A stretch of 64,000 nucleotides of DNA. Origin: Patescibacteria group bacterium (GTDB lineage: Bacteria > Patescibacteriota > UBA1384 > UBA12157 > JAENIV01). A program made the translations under genes and the position numbers. The stretch spans positions 15,307 through 79,306 of the forward strand of contig JBEKTP010000005.1 of assembly GCA_049515915.1 (NCBI GenBank). Reading direction: 5' to 3'. Shown here one piece after another: positions 59,750 through 64,000 of this stretch (its first letter is position 1; every line of letters starts with the position of its first letter). A model generated the notes under the pieces. It was not told where the DNA came from and made no database searches. It worked only from the letters and a program-made list of their open reading frames with translations.

Positions 59750-62700
59750 CTACTTATTCGCGCGGCACCAGTCGAGGCCGTTCAGGCCGATTTGAATCCA
59801 AGGTGACTCCGGAAGGGTTTCCCGCCACTCGGGAGGCATCCAGGCCCAGAGCCTCTTCAAGTAACCACGATCAAACATGTGTGGCATGACGTAGGTGTTC
59901 CGACCGGGTTCGTCGCAAACACCTGCGACATAGTGGCCGCTCGGACTGTACGGCAACGCGCGAGTGCGGCGACCATGGGCGTCAACGTAGACGACTGGAA
60001 TCAGCCGCTTCTCATTGGCCTGCTCGAGCACTTCGGGATAGGCGGTGCAATCGAAGAAACCCTCGCCATTGGCTACGTAGGTGCCGAGAACCGATCCCTC
60101 CATCCCCCGAAAGAGAATGGAAGTGCTCGGCTCCACCAACACGCGCACCCATTGGTGATTGAACGAACCCAACTTAATCTGGGTGAACTTAGGCTGCTGG
60201 TCCTCGGGCAGTTGCGGAAATGGCGCCCAGCCGCAGCGGAGACCGAGTTGGGCTCCGTTACAGACCCCGAAGCTAAAGGTATCATCCCGAGCGAAGAACT
60301 GCTCGAAGATTGCCTTAAGCTTGGGGTTCATCTTGATCTTGAGGGCCCACCCGACCGCTGCTCCAAGGACATCGCGGAAGGTGAATCCGCCGGGGAAGAT
60401 CACGCCCCGAAACATCTCGAGGTTGTCGAGTCGACCCAATAGGAAGTCATTGAGATGAACTTCCCACGGGTCGAAGCCGACGTACCGCCAGGCCGCCATC
60501 ATCTCCACATGGCCGTTTGTTCCCTGTTCGCGGATCACCGCGAGCTTTGGCTTGTCCGGATTTCGGAGAATTGACCGCGGCCGCGTGGGTATAAATGTCA
60601 AGCGGTAGAGCGGCTGTTCGCGCGTGGCTGTGTTGCGCCATTCCTTTCCGGCCTCCGCAGGGTTGACGCGAATCTTGCGGAATTCATAGCCAGTGCGCTC
60701 CCACTTTCGCCGTGCTTCAGCCGTTGTAGCATTGAGAATCTCCTCGCCGTTATGGTTGAGACTGATCGTCTGTTCAGTCGTTGTCCGACCAAGCACCTGA
60801 TAAGGCACACCATAGTCATCGAGAACCTCACGTACCTTATCTAGGTTTTCGTCAGAGACTTCGACAACGAATCCCAACTCCTCGGCGAGCCACTCGTTGA
60901 AGGCGGAGTGCGGTGTGTTGGTGGCAAGCTTGACCCCGCAACCGGTGGCAAAGCACATTTCCGCCACTGTTGCGGCCAAACCACCGGAACTGATGTCGTG
61001 CCCGGCCGTGATGAGCTTGCTGAACAGTAAGTCCTGAGCCGCTGCGAAAGTCTTCAGTAGTAGATCGGGCCGGTCGAGGTTGGGACAATCCGCGCCCAAC
61101 TGACCAAGAGTCTGTCCGAAGGACGAGCCGCCCAGACGGCGTTCACCGTTAGCGATGTCGATCCTAACAAGCATACTCCGGCCGGGGTACTTAATCTCCG
61201 GTGTAACGTAGACTGAGATGTCCTCCACCGTGACGGCCGTAGAGAAAACGACGGTCTCGATCGACTTGACCAGAAGCTTCTTGACCCAAGTGGCCATCGA
61301 ACTCGAGTCTTTACCACCAATGATGGCAGACCAGAGCTTGATGAGCGTGTCGCGAACAGCTCTGACCGCGGCATCGAGTCGAGCAATCTCTCCATCAGGT
61401 GGCTTGAGTGTCGCCGGCCACATCCAGTTACAAAGACACTTGATCTTCTTGATGTTATCGATGCCCATGCCCATGAGGTTAGTGTACATCTCCCCAATGG
61501 ACATGCGGGCACCCGCTTGCGGATCAAGAGCAGTTAAGTACGGCGCAACCCCGAGAGTGGCAGCCTGGCCCGACTTGGAGGCTGAACTGAAGGCAACAAG
61601 TGAACAGTCGGCGACAGGAGTCGCGAACGGGCCGCAATACTGGTTCTGCACGACGAGCCCGCCAATACTTCCATCAACGCCGCGGGTAACGAACTCCTTG
61701 CTTCCCACTTCGCTCCGGCGGAAGGTTTGGAAAGCAGCTCGTTCGAAGGTGAGATCATCAGGAATCTCGAGCGGAATTCTGATGTCTTCGGGGGTTGTGT
61801 CGTGAATGTCCGGGCTATCGATCTTAGCCAAGAGCTCCGCCATAACGAAATCGACGATTGGCTTGGCATGCTTGGCCTTGACCTCTGCCTTACTGGCTTC
61901 GGAAAAGACTTGAAGACGACCGTCGCCGGCAATCTCGCCGAGAACTTCGATCGGACAGTTCTCGCGGCGGCAAACGTAACGGAGCCACTTAAGGTCACGC
62001 TTCCAGATGAGGATGCCCTGCCGTTCCTGATACTCACAGACCCAGACTTTGGCATCGGACATGGTCGGATCGCCGCGGTTGACCTGGCCGAGATAGATAC
62101 GGCCGCCAGCCCGGCCAATCAGTTCCGAAAGGATATTGGCGACGCCGCCAGCACCCTGGTCGTGAATGGCGACGATAGGGTTCTTCCGTCCGCGGGCCAT
62201 GCAGGCCAGCAGCACCTGATAAAACCGCCGTTCCATCTCGGGATCACCACGCTGAACGGCGTTCTCATCGAAGGTTGCGGTGTTCGAGCCCGAAGTCGAG
62301 CTGGAGCCCGAGCCGCCACAGAACCCGATCGGATAGGCCGGTCCCCCGATCTGAACGACTAGCATCCCCTTGCGAGGCTTCCCCTTCCGAAGATGCTGAT
62401 GCTGAATCGCGCCGCCACCAAAGCCGAAACCAACCGGCTTAAGCGACTCGACACGTTCCATGATAATCTTGCCTCGCTTGTTACGCCGAGGCCGCCAGAT
62501 GGCACCCGTAAACCAGAAACCAGCAGTGCAGGGCTTACCAAATGCATCAGCGTAGTCGTGCCAGCCTTGAAGACTCTTGGCCGCGACTTCGACCGGGGTA
62601 GCCTTGTCAGTCGGGTAGTCATAGCGCCGCCCGCGGATGAATTCGCCGGGAATACGGTAGCCGCTCGGGAAGCGGATGCTCCCCAAAATCCGACCCTGTA

Positions 62701-63661
62701 GTGCGTACAGGATGTCGGATACACTGCCGGCGCCTAGCTGATCGCGGATCTCGCCCCCAATCTCTGTCGCCGAGCCCGGATAGGGCGCGACGTGATCAGG
62801 ATAGTTGTGCGTCTCCGCACTAAATAAGGCATGGAGTGTCACCCGGACCCACTTGTAGGGACCAGGTTCCCCGGGATAGGCCGCCACGAGCACGGGCACA
62901 GTGGAACCTTCGACGGCACTCGCGTTATCGGAGCCCGCGATCATGATGTTGTCGGCGTCGGTCCCCCGAAGCGCCTTGAGCGGCTCCCGAAGGAGTTCGA
63001 TCAAAGTGTAGGGCCGACGCTCGCCATCAATCACAAAGTGGGTCAGGAAGAAGAGGTCGTGCCAGCAGTGGTTAGACCACATCTGACTGAGCTGATAGAG
63101 CGCCACGTCAGTGGGGTTTCGCCCCATCCGTACGAATATCCGCTCTATCCGCTGGAGCTTCGCTTCATTGAAGCCGAGGTTCTCGGCTGTATTGAAGTGA
63201 TCGAGCGCCGCTCTTCCCTCCTCGAAAAGCGGGATGACGCGAACAGGCGGCACCGCAACGTCTACTTGGAAACTGCAAGGCAGCTCCTCGTAGATTTCTT
63301 CAGTCACCATATCGCGTCTTGTCTTGAGGAATTCGGTCGGGTCTCTGCCCGAAGGAACAGCGTACCGTCTGAAATGCTCGATTCGTCCGACTTCAGGGAA
63401 GCCAACAGCGTGAGTGATCTCAACAGCCATCGATGAAAACGGCGTCTCAATCGCCAGCCGAGGCCCAACGATAACAGCACCGTCAAGCTCCGGGATGTTC
63501 GTGACACGATGCGTCGGCAGATACTTGAAGAGTCCTCGTATGCTGGCGATGAGCCTCCTCGACTGCGCCAGAGTGAGAGAAACGTCAATCCCGACCAAGA
63601 AGCAGCTTTCCGAACCGTCCGGCTCGAGCCGGTAAAACGGCAACGTCATCTTCTTTGTCAT
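59750..63661 (-). CDS. purL: Large (fused) phosphoribosylformylglycinamidine synthase, divergent, GC-rich
   Basis: RNPTD, S.HC.H, DNA, ETHN.P, G..T..GGEIRD, AVQRGDPEMERR, IHDQGAGG..N, E.QER, GGKDS, GHDIS.GG, glutaminase domain IREQGTNG, GGFT..D, FGVCNG.Q. Confidence 0.9.
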   Translation of the reverse strand: MTKKMTLPFYRLEPDGSESCFLVGIDVSLTLAQSRRLIASIRGLFKYLPTHRVTNIPELDGAVIVGPRLAIETPFSSMAVEITHAVGFPEVGRIEHFRRYAVPSGRDPTEFLKTRRDMVTEEIYEELPCSFQVDVAVPPVRVIPLFEEGRAALDHFNTAENLGFNEAKLQRIERIFVRMGRNPTDVALYQLSQMWSNHCWHDLFFLTHFVIDGERRPYTLIELLREPLKALRGTDADNIMIAGSDNASAVEGSTVPVLVAAYPGEPGPYKWVRVTLHALFSAETHNYPDHVAPYPGSATEIGGEIRDQLGAGSVSDILYALQGRILGSIRFPSGYRIPGEFIRGRRYDYPTDKATPVEVAAKSLQGWHDYADAFGKPCTAGFWFTGAIWRPRRNKRGKIIMERVESLKPVGFGFGGGAIQHQHLRKGKPRKGMLVVQIGGPAYPIGFCGGSGSSSTSGSNTATFDENAVQRGDPEMERRFYQVLLACMARGRKNPIVAIHDQGAGGVANILSELIGRAGGRIYLGQVNRGDPTMSDAKVWVCEYQERQGILIWKRDLKWLRYVCRRENCPIEVLGEIAGDGRLQVFSEASKAEVKAKHAKPIVDFVMAELLAKIDSPDIHDTTPEDIRIPLEIPDDLTFERAAFQTFRRSEVGSKEFVTRGVDGSIGGLVVQNQYCGPFATPVADCSLVAFSSASKSGQAATLGVAPYLTALDPQAGARMSIGEMYTNLMGMGIDNIKKIKCLCNWMWPATLKPPDGEIARLDAAVRAVRDTLIKLWSAIIGGKDSSSMATWVKKLLVKSIETVVFSTAVTVEDISVYVTPEIKYPGRSMLVRIDIANGERRLGGSSFGQTLGQLGADCPNLDRPDLLLKTFAAAQDLLFSKLITAGHDISSGGLAATVAEMCFATGCGVKLATNTPHSAFNEWLAEELGFVVEVSDENLDKVREVLDDYGVPYQVLGRTTTEQTISLNHNGEEILNATTAEARRKWERTGYEFRKIRVNPAEAGKEWRNTATREQPLYRLTFIPTRPRSILRNPDKPKLAVIREQGTNGHVEMMAAWRYVGFDPWEVHLNDFLLGRLDNLEMFRGVIFPGGFTFRDVLGAAVGWALKIKMNPKLKAIFEQFFARDDTFSFGVCNGAQLGLRCGWAPFPQLPEDQQPKFTQIKLGSFNHQWVRVLVEPSTSILFRGMEGSVLGTYVANGEGFFDCTAYPEVLEQANEKRLIPVVYVDAHGRRTRALPYSPSGHYVAGVCDEPGRNTYVMPHMFDRGYLKRLWAWMPPEWRETLPESPWIQIGLNGLDWCRANK

Positions 63662-63813
63662 GGAACAAAACCTCGCTGCAAGGATTACAAGATACTAAGA
63701 CTCTCTGGTCATGCCGACGGCAGAGAACCAGTTAGTCTTCGACTTAATCTTACAAACCCAAATGACATAAAAAAAGTCTTAAGTCAAGACGTGCTCTTTT
63801 TTATTTGATAACT

Positions 63814-63872
63814 CAAAAAAGAGCTTTCGCTCTTTGAAATGCAACGGCCGAGACCCACGTCGGATCTCGGCC
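63814..63872 (-). repeat. Partial third copy of the repeat: same AGAGC-GAAA-GCTCTTTTTT terminator, different GC hairpin
   Basis: caaaaaagagctttcgctct at 63814-63833; ggccgagacc..ggatctcggcc at 63846-63872. Confidence 0.75.
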
Positions 63873-63874
63873 AG

Positions 63875-64000
63875 TCAGTTGTCCTCCTCGTCGGAAGCAG
63901 TATTAGTTTTTTTCGTGGCTCGCTCGCGTTTATCCAGTCCCTCGACACAGTGAGGACACATCTTCATCACTAGTGTGTCCGGAGCGGCTGCATAAAACTC
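63875..64000 (-). CDS. 3' end of a gene running off the window (CxxC motif)
   Basis: Open frame EFYAAAPDTLVMKMCPHCVEGLDKRERATKKTNTASDEEDN* ending directly at the hairpin. Confidence 0.5.
   Translation of the reverse strand, partial: EFYAAAPDTLVMKMCPHCVEGLDKRERATKKTNTASDEEDN

Noticed and set aside
58034-63808. Many long overlapping or antisense ORFs in the purB/purL region
   Set aside because: Expected shadows of GC-rich coding sequence; no SD, promoter or recognisable motifs.
1-64000. Alternative genetic code (UGA=Gly, as in Gracilibacteria)
   Set aside because: Conserved genes (leuS, pheT, gyrB) end at TGA at their expected C-termini, and long genes have no in-frame TGA.

Overview
A 64 kb chromosomal core region of an AT-rich bacterium that looks like a CPR/Patescibacteria member. 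Evidence for this is the missing rpmD/L30 in the spc cluster, truncated PheS, a PaaX-like regulator, DUF4012 and many N-terminally anchored Pro/Ser/Thr-rich surface proteins. TGA is used as a stop codon, so the code is 11; a Berkelbacteria-like lineage is only a guess. Almost all genes are on the minus strand: an EPS/glycosylation cluster, gyrB and gyrA (each with an intein), infB, a LysM/CHAP hydrolase, obgE, rpoBC, the str-S10-spc-alpha ribosomal superoperon, rbfA, pheST and tsaC. A short plus-strand block (leuS end, rpmF, nusB, rnc) opens the window. Several features sit on top of this backbone. (1) Visibly GC-richer single-gene units, each with its own sigma70-like promoter, usually a strong SD, and a GC hairpin. 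These culminate at 57.6-64 kb in divergent purL and purB genes delimited by a shared ~65 bp repeat. (2) 5x7-bp heptamer micro-arrays, two of them translated in-frame inside the IF2 and Obg GTPases. (3) Candidate structured RNAs between gyrB and gyrA, upstream of purL, upstream of rpoB and upstream of a conserved small protein. (4) A probable AUU start codon. (5) An RpoA lacking its alpha-CTD. (6) Natural rifampicin- and quinolone-resistance-type residues in RpoB, GyrA and GyrB. No rRNA, tRNA, CRISPR array, transposase or integrase was recognised. All calls are by-eye motif recognition without database searches.
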